DNA of 64,000 bases from Torpedo marmorata (Eukaryota), in the NCBI GenBank assembly GCA_977017645.1, contig OZ360242.1:46314001-46378000 (forward strand). The letters are read 5' to 3'. A program made the translations under genes and the position numbers. Positions 37,270-49,759 of the stretch are shown here, in pieces; within the stretch, counting starts at the first letter, position 1, and each line of letters begins with the position of its first letter. The notes below the pieces were generated by a model. That model searched no databases and was not told where the DNA came from. It saw only the letters and a program-made list of their open reading frames with translations.

Positions 37270-38517
37270 TTTTTAAAAAAAAAAAAATTTTATTTTTCAT
37301 TTTCAGAAATTTTCACAAAACATTAATAAACAATCACGAAATATATACAAATTTCAAACGAGTCAAGTGCAGAATACATTACACCCCTTAACCCTCCCTT
37401 CCCCACCCAAAAAAAAAGAATAAAACCAAGACAAAAAGAAAACTAAATGTACCATCAGTGCTTACAACTTTTGTTCAAGTATTTGGGGATGTCACACCCT
37501 TAAAATAATTATACATTATACCATACCTCAGGGGTTTGATTACAACTGAGCACCAATGTGCTCCAAGTACGGTTGCCACACTTTAACAAAGTTATCATAT
37601 TTATTTCTAAGACTATATGTAATTTTTTCCATGGGGATACAGCTGTACATTTCCGTAGACCATCGAGTGATGAGAAGGGGGGAGTCGGACTTCCAAGTAA
37701 CTGCAATGCATTTTTTTGCTACGGACAGAGCAACTTTTACAAATTGAATTTGGAATTTAGATAATCTGTTGCTTTTTTCCATGAGGTTTCCTAAAAGATA
37801 CAACTCTGGGTCTAGTGGAAAGGTTACTCCCGTAATCCTCGTTAGTGCGTTAGCTAAATCATGCCAAAAGGGCCTTACCTTTGCACATGACCAAGTAGAG
37901 TGTAAAAAGCATCTAATTTCTATACCACACCTGAAATACATTTCTGATATTTCTGATTTTGACTTGTGTAGTTTTTGTGGTGTGAGATACAATTGGTGTA
38001 GGAAATCATACTGAACCAGCCTATATCTGGCATTAATGACTGCTGTCATGCTGTCTAAACACCAGTCTGACCAGCATCGTCCGACTCCCACCTCTCTCGA
38101 TCTTTGTAGGCCCGGTTTAGGGCTTTCGCTTTGGAGTACGAAATACATTCTAGATATGAATTTAGGTGCATTTCCCAATCGAAGCAACTTTTCCATTTCA
38201 TTACACCAAGGTGGGGTCATTGTAGGACCCCATCTATCCCTCAGGAGGGACCTTAGTTGAAGAAAACAGTAGAAGGTTCCATTAGACAAATCATATTTAC
38301 TCTTCAATTGCTCAAAAGACATAAGTTGTCCTTTCTCATAACAATCTTCAATATACCGGATCCCCTTCTGGTGCCAAATGTCTAAGATTTGTTACCCAAA
38401 GCCATGGGTATAGTTTCATTTTGGATCAAAGGTGTCTTTGGTGGTATTTCCACCTTTCCTCCAGTACATTCATTGATTTCTTGCCAAATCTTAATCATGT
38501 GTTTTAGAATGGGGTTG
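37270..38517 (-). mobile_element. L1-clade LINE 3' fragment (second subfamily)
   Basis: ORF 37540..38322 (KKCIAVTWKS, CIPMEKITY); A-rich tail; probable TSD CAGTAAAATTA(G/A)TC at 37255 and 38518. Confidence 0.88.
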
Positions 38518-38547
38518 CAGTAAAATTAATCTTTGTTCATGACCAAT

Positions 38548-38780
38548 CGGAGCGGTTAGTGCAATGCTGTTACAGCACCAGTGACCTGGGTTCAAATCCG
38601 GCGCTGTCTGTAAGGAGTTTGTGCGTTCTCCCCGTGTATGCGTGGGTTTCCTTCGGGTGCTCTGGTTTCCTCCCACCGTTCAAAAACGTACCTGGCTTGT
38701 AGGTCAATTGGGTGTATTTGAGGAGCATTGGGCTCCTGGGTCAAAAAGGCCTGTTACCGTACTGTATGTATGTATGTATG
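38548..38780 (+). mobile_element. V-SINE copy with (TATG)n tail
   Basis: B box GGTTCAAATCC and V-domain. Confidence 0.85.
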
Positions 38781-39056
38781 ATGATTGCTCCTTCGGGTGT
38801 GTTTATTGTACACTTAGTTTTTGGTCTAATTTGAAAGAAATACATCACATATGCTGCCTTGCCTTTCATTATATTTGCCCGTACTGTGCCATAAATGTTA
38901 TTTTAAATGGTTATGTTTATTGTTCTTTGCTGTTTATGAAAATATCATTAATTACAGATTTCCATAACATTGTAAGCCCCAGTACCTGGTGTTGAATTCC
39001 TTTTGTAACATTGTGTGAAAAGATACTAATCTTGAGTTTTTTGTCTTTTCTTCTAG

Positions 39057-39722
39057 AAACATTACATGGAGAGCAACAAACCTGTGCTTGAGTTGAAGGA
39101 TTTTGCGCTTCCCTCCCATCATGCTAATTCTTTCTTTGCAAGTGGCCCCACTTCTGTAATTCAGTCTTTGCCAAAGCAGCAGTCAATTGGCACGAAAGTA
39201 AGCTGCTGTCCGCATTGCTCCCTCCAGATTCACAATGATGGAGGTTGCATTCACTCAGTAAGTAGTGGCACTTTAGAGTACACAAATACTGGAACTGTTA
39301 CCTGTCAAATAAGTTCAAGGCCTACTTTCCACACACCAAAGGACTGTAAAGCATCTGTAACTAAAAACCATTTAGATGGAGCTCCATGGCACTTGACAAG
39401 TCGCTTTGTCGAGAATGTTGCCTCTGCTTATCAGCTTCAAACACCACTTTCCCAGAATCTGTCCTGCTGTGGAAACCTTTTCAAACAGTCCCAACCTTAC
39501 CATGGCAGTGTTCCGATAGTGCATCCGGTTCCGATGCATCAGGGCCATAACACATCTAGTCTTTTTTCATGCACAGAGCTCACTGGTGGAGTTTGTGGGC
39601 ACTTGGAAGATCATGGGAATCAAGTTGACCAACCTAAACATTTTTGTACTAACTCTTTACCTTTGCACATGGCATCTATGTTTCTGAAGAGTTCTCACTG
39701 CTGTGATGATTGTGTGAACAAG
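39057..39722 (+). CDS. MARF1: MARF1 coding exon 2 (666 bp)
   Basis: ttctag|AAA CAT TAC ATG: KHYMESNKPVLELKD...KVSCCPHC...HFCTNSLPL...CDDCVNK|gttagt. Confidence 0.93.
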
Positions 39723-40705
39723 GTTAGTATAATTTTACATTTTATTTGATTTGGAGACAAAGAAGGTTTGCAAGTGATATTTTAAATATATTTTCAGTTC
39801 TTTAGCTTTCAATGTCGATGAGTTGGCACTTAAGTATTTTGTTCCACTAATACAATGCATGTTTTTCATTTCACATTGCTTTCAAGAATTTTGTGGAATG
39901 ATAATGATGCATTTATATCATTCAGCTGTCTTCATATGCTGCAGACATGAAGCCAACTACGTTTGACATATTCACACCAATATTAATGTGCAGAGCTCCA
40001 CAATCAAATCCAATTTTCAATTTTTTGCTCTTTTGCACATCTCTACCCTCACTGAAAAAAGATGAATATAATCTGTCCTTAAATGTAGTTTCACTACCTT
40101 GAATGTGAGCTGAAATACAGTTGCTGACAAGTAAATTACACTTATTCAGATTGTGTCATATACTGAACATTTACTTTTGCCTTCTTATTTATTTCCCTTA
40201 TTTTCTCCAATGTGTACATTCCTAAGTGAAGTTTGTTGTGTGTTACTTTCCCCGTATGTTGTCCAGTGTTGTTTCAGTTTTTTCTAACTTGAATGTCTCC
40301 AAGGCTGATAAACCCTTCAATAATTAACTGCTACTCTCAGTGCTTAAGTATTCAACTGAATTCCTAATGATTGCATGTGGAAAATAAATGTGTAATTCAT
40401 TGCTATGTCATTGGTCAATTTATTGAAATAAAAGTAAATACATCTCATAATTTTAGAATATTTTATATTGGTCCAAACAAAATACAATTCAAGAGGAGCT
40501 TTTTTATTTCTCCTGAAATCTGTGTACATATTGTAACAGAATGCTTGATTTCTGTAGTGGCATCTGGTTTATCTGAGCCATTAAGAATATCTGATGCACG
40601 TTGAATTAGTTACAGAAATAACAATTTTTCATGCATTTTTTTTAAAGTAACAATATAAAATCTGAAATATAGCCCTAATCTACTGCTATTAAATCTTTGT
40701 TGTAG

Positions 40706-40877
40706 CCACCCAGGCGTCCTGTTTTTGATGCAAAAAAGATTTGGCCAAATATTCCCCCACCAACTCAGTCTGTTCCAGTTTCCACATCAGCATGCAATGG
40801 TGCTCAGAGTGAAGGTCAAATGACAGAGACTCCCATCTTAACAGCAGGAAACTTGGGTCTCCAGCCTCAGAAGTATG
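40706..40877 (+). CDS. MARF1: MARF1 coding exon 3 (172 bp)
   Basis: PPRRPVFDAKKIWPNIPPP...PQKY G|gtatg. Confidence 0.93.
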
Positions 40878-41359
40878 GTATGTGCTTTAATATTTTTTTA
40901 CATTCATGTTTATTCTTAGTTTTAAGTGGTGAGAATTCATTGTCATTTTTAAACTCCTGCCAAAATTGCCTCCCTGGGAGGGGTAATCAGAAGATTTACT
41001 TACAAGTTTTAGGGTGTTCCAGTATATTATCTATGATCCATACTCTAATTACAATAACAATTGCAAAATGACAATTAAGATAATACAGTTAGAAAGAGTC
41101 TATCAATTGTCAGTTACATAAAGGAATAGAATAAAAACATCCAAAACAGCAGCACAAGCCTTTTGGTATCATAACTAGCCCAATCCATTCTTTACCTGAT
41201 ATCCACATGCATCCAGTTTTAAGACAACTTCCGGAGCAGGAATTCACATTCCCTTTGCTTCCTTTAAGTCTGAATTGAATCCAGCAATTAAATTGACCCT
41301 ACTGCCATGCTGACTTAGCTCAACTGAGTTTGAAGAGGTGATAGAAAAGTGACTACCCT

Positions 41360-42050
41360 CGATAACGTACACAAAAGAAGCCAGTTGCAGTTGTTGGTGG
41401 TCAATCAACCCTGCCTTAGAACATTGCTGCAGGAATTCTTCAGGGCTTCGTCCAAAATGCAGCTATTTTCGTGTGCTTCATCAGTGTCCTTCCTTGTGTC
41501 ATAACATCAGAATTGGAGATGTTCACTGATGAATGCAAATTCGATTCCTACTCAGAAAATAAAGCAGTTCATGCCTATGTGCAGCAAAACCAAGACAACA
41601 TTTTTGTTGAGCGATACACCAGGGCTATTTACCTCGCTGAACAAGGGAGAATCTAATCACCTACACTTAATATAACATGGCTTCAGAGTGGCCAAATCCA
41701 CCAACACCAATATCATGCAGGTCTCCACTAACCAGAAATGTAACAGGATGGGTACTTAAAATACATGAAGCATAACAGAGACTGCATTGTGCACCAGTAG
41801 GAAAATGCTTTGCAGTAACTTGCCTTTGCTGTATCACAACATCTCCCAAATCCAAGATCACTATCCCCAAGATGAATAATGGCTTCAGGTGCATGGGAAT
41901 ACCATTGCTCCTTCAAGTCACACACCATCCTGACTTGTGGGGTCTAAATTTCAGAATCCAATGTCCAATATTATGGGAGTACTTTGACCAGAAGAACTAA
42001 AGCATTTTAAAAAGATAGAAATGCTGTCCTTGCCACCAGTACCCCATGAA
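41360..42050 (+). mobile_element. Old CR1-clade LINE fragment, related to 60430-61300
   Basis: CFISVLPCVITSELEMFTDEC, a degraded form of FINDLP...MFADDC. Confidence 0.6.
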
Positions 42051-43059
42051 AACAGTGAATAAGAACATGTCTAATGTTCTCGGCTGGAAGCTGTCATAGG
42101 AACAGGGAATTGATTGAGCCTAATGACCGTGTATTTTCCATGTAATCATACACAATAAGAATGAGTATTCGACTAAATCGATAGAAGATTGATTATTTTC
42201 TATGAAATAAGTCAATTTTATACTGAATTTTCTATGCCATCCAAAAAAACTAGGTTTAGTTCTAATAAAGACTTCTAAATCATACATTAGATTTAACCTG
42301 TTTTCTTGTGCATTTTCCCCTGATGCCAAGTGGGGATCAAAGCAATTGCAAAACTGAGGTTAAACAAGAAAATCTGCAGATGTTGGGGCCGAATGCAATA
42401 CGCAAAAATGCTGGAGAAACTCAGCAGGTCTTGCTTCCTATGGATGCTGCATGACCTACTGAGTTTCTTTAGCACTTTTGTGTATTGCAGTCGCAAAACT
42501 GACATCCTTAAATTTTATCATGGTTTACTCCGTTGAAGCAGCAATGAAATCCGAATTGTGTTCAAACGTGGCATATGAACTCTGTCCACAGCTGCTGTCT
42601 CGTTCATGCTCCGCACAGGCAGCCATAAACACAGAGGCTATGGGAGTACACAGGGGAAGTCTGTTATAGCAATTGCAGGGGTAGGGTGTGGTAAATGTGG
42701 AAATGAATAGATTCTCCAGAAGAAAACCATGCCTCACAAGAATATGGAATGGCCTACCTTGTCGTGCATGGCTCCAAGTCACTATGGGACACCGGCATAA
42801 CCGTAGGTCAGAATATTGGAACTGAAGAAATCAGTGCACAGATGTTTCGATTTGTGTTCGAGGCTCCTGTCAATAAGATATTTCATATTTGAAATTACTT
42901 TGAAGAGAAAGATTTACAAAACCACACCTGATTCACTATTTTCAGCAAGATTTATTCTTGAGTGAACAAACACAAGTATTGACCTTTTGATCCAATTTCG
43001 GTCAGTAAAGAGTGGACACCACAAGCTGAAGATCATCAATCCACAAAATAGGAAATGAC

Positions 43060-44060
43060 AGCAGCCATGACAGGAAGTCAGAGTCAGAATTGTACATGCA
43101 CAAATTGGTCCTTCACCTCACTAAGTGCATGGCAAATTTTTTGCTCATCTACATTGTCCCATTTGCCAACTGTAGCCTTCTATGCCTTGTCTATTCCAGC
43201 ACACATTAAATGTCATTTAAAAGTAGTGACTATATCTGTTTCCACCAACTCCTCCAGCAGCGAGTTCCAGATCATGAACCATTGTGTGTGTAAAAAAAAG
43301 TTCCCTTCAAATCCCTTTAAAACTCCTTCCTCTCATATTAAACCTATGCCTTCTTGCTTTTACTGCCCCCACTATCGTAAAAAAACTGACCATCTACCAC
43401 ATCTATGCCTCTTCTAATTTTATACACATCTCACAGGTCACTCCTCAGCCTCCTTTATTCCAGAGAAAACAAACCTAATCCATCTAATTTCACTAGAACC
43501 AAAATCCTTCCATCCAGGCAAAATTATGGTGAATCTCCTCTGCATTCTCTCCAGCACAACCACGTCCTTCCTATTATTTGACAACCAAAACTGCACACAA
43601 TACTCCCTGCGGTCTAATTGGTTGGTCATAAAATTGCAACATAATGTCCCAACTATTTTGTGTCCTAACTTCTGAATGCAAGTAGGCCATATCCTTCTTC
43701 ACCATTCTATGTACTTGTGTTGATACTTTCAGGGAACTATGGACTCAAACCCCAAGGTCCCTCTCTTATCAATATTCCTTGGTCACCAACATTTACTGTA
43801 TATGTCCTACCCCTGAGTTCCCAAAATGCATTGCCTCACATTTGAGAGGATTAAATTCCATATGCCAACACTGTCCTACTTTCCTTATCTATATCCTGTT
43901 GTTGCCTTAGACAACCTTCCTCACTATCCACAATACCGAGTTTCATATCGTCTGCAAATTTATTAATCATACTTCCTACATTCACATCCAAGACATTAAT
44001 ATAGATCAATGAAGAACACCCCAGCACCGATCACCGGTAACAGATTTCCAATCAAAACCT
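43060..44060 (-). mobile_element. Degraded CR1 LINE 3' fragment
   Basis: EYCVQFW, LERMQRRFT, KFADD on the minus strand. Confidence 0.8.
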
Positions 44061-44806
44061 TACCCTCATCAGTTTCTTAATGGATGGGACATAATCAGAA
44101 AATTGAATCAAACAAGAGTAAAATCTTTCATCAGAATTATTCATAAAAGAATCTTGGTTGGTCCTATTTCTAAACAATTGTGTTTAAATTTAAAAAAACT
44201 GGCATTTTAAGATCAATTCATGAATGAGGAAATTCATTTTCATATTTGAGTATATTTTGTTCTAGAGGAGTTCCTCCAAATTTCCATAAAATCAGTTGCT
44301 GCTTTGAACTAGTGGAATTTCCCACGTTACGAAATTGAGGCCAGTTCTGCACACAGTTGATGTAATTTAGGATCAACAGTAAATCGCTGATAAATTTAAA
44401 GTCCCAAGTTGATTTAATCTTGAGAATTGCGTATTATACTGAAAAACTGAAAACTCTCCTGAAACGGAAAAAGATCAAATGTCTTATTATTCCTTTTAAT
44501 GGAAAAGATTCTTTCAAAATAGTTTTTATATATATTCCAGAAAATAATCAATCTTATTCCCTTTGTATGCCTTTCAAGAATTTTATTTACATGTACAGTT
44601 TTATTATTATTTATCAAAATGTTTCAGATGTGTAGAATAATGGATCTAAGTTGAACATAAATTATGTTTTAATGAGCAGTTTTGCGCTGGTATTATCTTA
44701 TTCAGCAACTTAGAATTTTTAAAAAATGTATATAAATCATTAGCAATGGAAGTTACTGAGAAAGTACGCACAAAAATGTTGCTCTAATTTTGATAACTGT
44801 TCACAG

Positions 44807-45033
44807 GATCATCTGATATAGGGATACCAGGTCAACAGCAGGAGAATCTACCACCTATTGGGGTGTTTTGGGATATAGAAAATTGCTCTGTCCCAACGGG
44901 ACGGTCAGCAATGACAATAGTACAACGAATCCGTGAACAATTTTTCCAAGGCCACAGAGAGGCAGAATTCATGTGTGTGTGTGATATTAGCAAAGAGAAC
45001 AAAGAAGTTATCCAGGAACTTAATAACTGCCAG
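44807..45033 (+). CDS. MARF1: MARF1 coding exon 4 (start of NYN domain)
   Basis: [23 protein letters not shown]...[27 protein letters not shown]|gtaagt. Confidence 0.98.
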
Positions 45034-45417
45034 GTAAGTCATCTGCATAACTAATCCGATCCAGAAAATACAGAAGGACGTAACACGCTATTTTTTAAAA
45101 AGCCAAATTTTAACAAATAAATTTCTAAAATTTAAGAACTTTAAAAACTTTGGAACCTTAACAAATGCAAGGTGATGCCCTGTGCATACAAATAGGCAAT
45201 TCCCCCCACTCCCCAAATACTGAACCACACTTCACACACACCCCATTCCACATTCTACTGCCTTCAAAATTAGGTGTGTTGCAAACAGTCTGAATACATC
45301 GATTTCTTTCAGATTTAGGTTAGCATTATTCCCCTACATTATAATTGCAAGATAAAATATGTACTCTTTTGTAATGAGTTTGTTTATGAAAGTTTTTTAT
45401 CACTTTTTTTGACACAG

Positions 45418-45535
45418 GTGACAGTTGCACATATCAATGCAACAGCAAAGAATGCTGCAGATGACAAGCTTAGACAGAGTTTAAGGCGATTTGCTGATAC
45501 TCATACAGCTCCATCCACTGTTGTTTTGGTATCTT
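45418..45535 (+). CDS. MARF1: MARF1 coding exon 5 (NYN)
   Basis: [40 protein letters not shown]|gtaag. Confidence 0.98.
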
Positions 45536-45924
45536 GTAAGTAACCAGTGCACTAAAACAAGTTTAATTTCATTAGGAAAAATTGATCATGAACAAAAGTT
45601 AATAGAATAGCAACTTGGTTTTGTCTCTTCATTGGGAAGTTGATAAATTGGAAATAAATATTGCAATTTTGGGATTTGAGGATCCATAATGCAAAGCATA
45701 ATGAAAATAAATTCAAGAATTCTTACTACTGTAGATTAGTGCAATGAAATGTCCATCATTTAGCTGTAGAATTTTATTGTACCAGTTACAAATTCTGAAT
45801 ACGGTAATTTGCCTATGACGAATGTACTTAGAGAAACCTTTTCTCAGTATTTTTAGTTTAAAATTGAAGAGGGAGTTTGATTTCAGTCAGAATGTTTTCT
45901 AACTGTGGCTTTATCACTTTACAG

Positions 45925-46097
45925 CTGATGTAAATTTTGCCTCAGAGCTCAGTGACCTTCGGCATCGCCATGGTTTTCAAATCATTTTAGTGCACAAGAA
46001 TCAAGTTTCAGATGCACTTTTACAGCATGCACACAAACATATCAAATTTGAGGAATTTGTTTCAAAATTACCACCAAGATTACCAGAAAAAAACCAA
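45925..46097 (+). CDS. MARF1: MARF1 coding exon 6 (end of NYN)
   Basis: (S)[26 protein letters not shown]...[10 protein letters not shown]|gtaagt. Confidence 0.98.
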
Positions 46098-46732
46098 GTA
46101 AGTTTCTTCTCAATGAAACTTCACACGTGACTAAATCAGGTGTATTTTCTTATGTAACATGTCATTCCATTACTATTTTTGTTACTAATGAGAATGTCAG
46201 TAATAGGCAGTTTGGGTATTTTGCTGATTTTAATTATTTGTTTTTTTCAGAATCCAGATTGCCTTTCTCCTTCAACACTTTTTTTTTCATTTTTCAAGAT
46301 ATGGTCATTGCTGGCACGGGCAGCATTTATTCCCCTTCCCGAATTACTTTTTAATCGAATGACTTGCTCAGCAATTTCAGATACAATTACACTTCTGGGT
46401 GTTTGGAGTCAGATAAAGATGACAGATTTTCTCCCAAAAGGACATTAGTGAACCAAAGAGGTTTTTAAGATCATTATGAAGACAATTTTATAAAAATTAT
46501 AGATCATTAACTGAATATAAATTTCACAGCCGCCATGTTTTCTGGATTGCTTATCCTGACGTCTGAATTACAAGTCCAGTGATTTAACCACAATACTGCT
46601 ACCAATGAAACTCATTTGTTTAAAGGGGTTTTGACTTGGTTTATCATACTCCAGTGAATGATGGACCTAGTACTGGCAGTAGCAATTTTTTTTTCGGTTA
46701 TTGAATCATGACTTTCAAGATTCAAGATTCAA

Positions 46733-47327
46733 TTTATTGTCATAGTAATAAGACAGTGTCATATTCCCTGAAATTTATTTTTGCCTACTGCAAGGCAGAC
46801 AGATTCGCCACCGGCAGAAATTGCCTAAGCGCCTCTAACATTCCTTACAGTCACAGAAAGAGAAGCAAAAGAGAGTCCCCCAGAGGCACCGAGTGTCCAT
46901 AGATTCGCCTCCAGCGCTTCCGCAGCCACACAGAGTCCGGTCCAAACGATCGGCATCCCGAGTTCCAGATCCGAACCTCCAACACGGTCAGGTCGCCCTC
47001 GGCACCCCCTCGCATCCCGGTTCCGATACCTGGTACTCCTCCAGCCAGTTCGAGCCAGCCTCCAGCAGTCTGCAGCCCGGCGTGAGTCCCCCGACAGCAG
47101 TCTCCAGCAGCCCACAGCCTCCGCGGGTTCCTCGCCTCAAGTCGCCAGCGCATACACTGGTCCTTCAGCCTCAGAGCCCCTCACCGTCCCGTGTGTCGTC
47201 TCCTCCGCTTCTCCTTCTCAGACGGGGGGTGATCTTCCCGTCCTCTGGGACCCTGCTCCGGTCCTCCGCTTCCCTGGTATCTGCAGCCCCTTGTGGCTGC
47301 TGCCGGTTAAAAGGTGCTGCCATCTTC
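46733..47327 (-). mobile_element. Non-autonomous retroelement of about 600 bp with a (TCTTGAA)n tail
   Basis: Minus-strand 5' end AAGATGGCAGCACC, CpG-rich body, AATAAA then TTGAATCTTGAATCTTGAA; related 3' end at about 17870-17985. Confidence 0.6.
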
Positions 47328-47662
47328 ACCTGCTTTTTTGAAAAAAAATGGGCTCCTGCAATAAATTGCATTTTTCTCCCCTCACAAAATAATAGCTACC
47401 CCGTATATTTCGGCGTATAAGTCGACTCGCGGATAAGTCGACCCCCCTTTTTCAGCCTCATTTTAATGGTTTTATGGTATATCCGGCGTATAAGTCGATC
47501 CCCAAAAATCACGATGCCTGAGATGTTGCGCATTGACCGGCGTATAAGTCGACCCTCAAAAATCGCGATGATTGAGCTGCTGGGCGTTGACCGGCGTATA
47601 GGTCGACCCACAACGATCGCGCTGATTGAGCTGCTGGGCGTTGGCTGGAGGTGATTGTTATC

Positions 47663-48988
47663 ATGGAGGGTCAATTGAAACGACAAAAGTATGAGGCGAG
47701 TTTTAAATTGAAAGTTATGGAAATGGCCAAAAAAACCAACAACTGTGCTGCTGCAAGAAAATTTGATATATACGAGAAGTTGGTAAGAGATTGGAGGAAG
47801 AAAGAAGATACTTTAAGAAAAATACCAAAAAGGCAATGTTCGATGAGAAGAGGTATCACTCGTTGGCTAGAGTTGGAAAATCACGTCGCAACATGGGTAC
47901 GTGAACAGAGGCAAGATTGCTACATAGTCACCCGAAATAAAATAAGAACATTTACACTGAAGTGGGCAAAGTCGCACCCAGAACTCAGTAATGATTTTGA
48001 AGCTACAGTAGGCTGGTGCAACCGTTTTATGAACAGGAAAAATCTGGTATTACGACAAAAAACTAAAATTGCTCAGAAACTACCAAAAGATCTTGATCAT
48101 AAAGTTGTACGTTTTCACCAGTTTATTTTACGTAACCGGCAGAAACACAAGTTTGCATTGGCAAATATTGGAAACATGGACGAAACCCCCATGAATTTTG
48201 ACATGATAGGCAATAGAACAGTGGAATGGAAAGGTGTGAAAACTGTGCAAACGAGGAGTACAGGACATGAAAGGACCAGGTTTACTGTGGTGTTATCGTG
48301 CATGGCCGACGGGACAAAGTCAAGACCCATGGTAATCTTCAAACGCAAATTTAAACCTAAAATAAAATTCCATGCAGGTATTTTTGTACATTTTCATGAA
48401 AATGGATGGATGGATGAAAATGGTGTAAAACTATGGATAGACAATGTGTGGAACAGGCGGCCAGGCGGTTTATGCAAGGAACGGAGTTTGCTGGTCTGGG
48501 ATATGTTTCGTAGCCACTTAACTGAGAAGACTAAAAGTAGATTAGCACAACATAATACTTACATGGCGGTTATCCCGGGTGGTTTGACGTCTATATTGCA
48601 ACCTCTCGATGTCTGCTTGAACAAGCCATTCAAAGACCATGTGCGTGAAGAGTGGAATACATGGATGTCGAGTGCAGAAAAATCCTTTACAAAAGGCGGG
48701 GCAATGCGTGCTGCATCGCTTGATGTGCTGTGTGACTTCGTGCTCAAGGCATGGGACAAAGTGAAAGTAGAGACTATAATAAAATCGTTTAAAAAGTGCG
48801 GTATCTCTTGTGCAATTGATGGCACGGAAGATGATTTACTGTGGGACACTGACGACGAAGCTGAAGACGCCTCATCAGATACAGACCGGGACCAGTACGA
48901 TGACTGTTTAAACAGTGAGACCCCGGATGTGCTTGCTGAGATCGTTGCCTCAGACGATGATAGCGAAAGTGATTTTGAAGGGTTCTAA
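47663..48988 (+). CDS. Intact pogo transposase, 441 aa (Brinker-like HTH, CENP-B HTH, DDD catalytic domain, acidic tail)
   Basis: YEASFKLKV...NNCAAARKF...LVRDWRK; GWCNRFMNR; catalytic D in NMDETP, LLVWD and LQPLD, with 35 residues between the last two; AATAAA at 49005. Confidence 0.93.
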   Translation: MEGQLKRQKYEASFKLKVMEMAKKTNNCAAARKFDIYEKLVRDWRKKEDTLRKIPKRQCSMRRGITRWLELENHVATWVREQRQDCYIVTRNKIRTFTLKWAKSHPELSNDFEATVGWCNRFMNRKNLVLRQKTKIAQKLPKDLDHKVVRFHQFILRNRQKHKFALANIGNMDETPMNFDMIGNRTVEWKGVKTVQTRSTGHERTRFTVVLSCMADGTKSRPMVIFKRKFKPKIKFHAGIFVHFHENGWMDENGVKLWIDNVWNRRPGGLCKERSLLVWDMFRSHLTEKTKSRLAQHNTYMAVIPGGLTSILQPLDVCLNKPFKDHVREEWNTWMSSAEKSFTKGGAMRAASLDVLCDFVLKAWDKVKVETIIKSFKKCGISCAIDGTEDDLLWDTDDEAEDASSDTDRDQYDDCLNSETPDVLAEIVASDDDSESDFEGF

Positions 48989-49057
48989 ATGTCTTGTTGT
49001 TTTCAATAAAAATGTCAATGAAAATTTGTTGCAGTCGGGTTTTTTTTGGTTTTTCAA

Positions 49058-49240
49058 GGGTCGACTTATACGCCGAATCGTGTTTTCAGGAGTCGACTTA
49101 TACGCCGAATCATGTTTTCAGGGGTCGACTTATACGCCGAATCGTGTTTTCAGGGGTCGACTTATACGCCGAATCATGTTTTCAGGGGTCGACTTATACG
49201 CCGAATCGTGTTTTCAGGGGTCGACTTATACGCCGAATCG
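49058..49240 (+). repeat. Subterminal 32-bp tandem repeat (6 cores) of the pogo element
   Basis: GGGTCGACTTATACGCCGAATC(G/A)TGTTTTCAG, with GTCGAC at 49060, 49092, 49124, 49156, 49188 and 49220. Confidence 0.95.
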
Positions 49241-49759
49241 GCGTGAACTCGATTTTGAGCTGATTTTAAGGTCTCAAAAGTATATCCGGCGTATAAGTCG
49301 ACCCCCGTTTTTTGAGACATTTTTGAGGGTTTCAAGGGTCGACTTATACGCCGAAATATACGGTAATTTCTCCATGATTGAACAAACTAATGTCATTTAT
49401 CGGAATTAAAAACAATACTGAAAATACTCAACATAGAACATTACAGCAAAGTACAGGTCATTTTGTGCTGACCTGTGTAAACCTAAACGATCTAATCCTT
49501 CCCTACCTCACACCCATAACCCTCTATTTTTCTTAGAGCAACAGTTAAGCAATATTTACATAGAAAAACAGAAATAATGCTTCAAGTTCATAGCCTTGCA
49601 TCAGAAGTGGGAAAAGTAGAAATTCACTGATCTGACGATGCAGAGAAAGGGGGAAGGGAGCAAGTAAGGGTAGGTCTAGGAGAGGTTGGAAGGAAGGAAT
49701 ACAAACTACAGGAAGCTTATTTTTCCTTCTGCTCATTCACTTTCTTTTTTGCTCTCCAG

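Larger units (their letters stand above)
47399..49363 (+). mobile_element. Full-length pogo-superfamily DNA transposon (Passer/POGK-like, DD35D)
   Basis: TIR CCGTATATTTCGGCGTATAAGTCGAC at both ends, TA flanks (47397-98, 49364-65), reiterated subterminal motifs and an internal transposase ORF. Confidence 0.95.

Noticed and set aside
47663-48988. Host gene POGK
   Set aside because: It is intronless, has no KRAB exon, and is flanked by intact TIRs and TSD with a non-autonomous sibling, so it is a transposon rather than the domesticated gene.
48915-49409. Repetitive ORFs or a CRISPR-like 32-bp array
   Set aside because: These are subterminal repeats of the transposon, with no unique spacers.
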